DNA of 64,000 bases from NCBI GenBank assembly GCA_053919585.1, contig CM132802.1, one strand, 5' to 3'. The position numbers and the translations under genes are program-made. This document shows, one piece after another, positions 63,734 to 64,000 of the stretch (its first letter is position 1; every line of letters begins with the position of its first letter). The stretch comes from Euprymna scolopes. Its lineage: Eukaryota. Below the pieces are notes generated by a model, which was not told the origin of the DNA, did no database searches, and was given only the letters and a program-made list of their open reading frames with translations.

Positions 63734-64000
63734 TCGCAAGTAGGTTAAATATGATATTTTAATTCTTGTGGATCTCGTGTGTCAAATTATAGATTTAATG
63801 TTCTATCGATTTTTTATACATCATAGATTGCGATTTCAAAAATAAACATACAAATATCAACATGACTTGGATGTATCAGCTTGAATCAAAACCGAAACCA
63901 ACATTTATGAAATAATATCTGTATATTTATATGGCTTGAGTTTCTTCAACTATAATAGAAACCGAAACCAGAACTTTTATCGAATTCTTGGTAAAATTAT

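Overview
AT-rich metazoan (probably invertebrate) genomic scaffold with five N-gaps. No confidently identifiable host gene, rRNA, tRNA or CRISPR array is visible. The window is dominated by an ~18.7 kb tandem array of a 29-bp monomer (~14410-33120, ~645 copies) with variant monomer types and nested higher-order duplications. The rest is a layered graveyard of transposable elements: four copies or fragments of one L2/Crack-like LINE group; a young IR/DR Tc1 (DD34E) whose transposase is broken by one stop codon; mariner, Tc1, piggyBac and Penelope relics; several Helitron pieces (Rep relic, intact helicase C-terminus, non-autonomous copies); and two Gypsy (Mag-like) LTR elements. The non-TE leads are candidate minus-strand exons encoding a furin-site/Cys-rich peptide (44.8-45.7 kb), a two-exon block at 63.5-63.7 kb and a 67-nt hairpin at 40.1 kb. 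I found no demonstrably new system; the best candidates are the satellite, its junction with a LINE 3' end, and the Cys-rich exons. All alignments were done by eye, and boundaries of degenerate elements are approximate.
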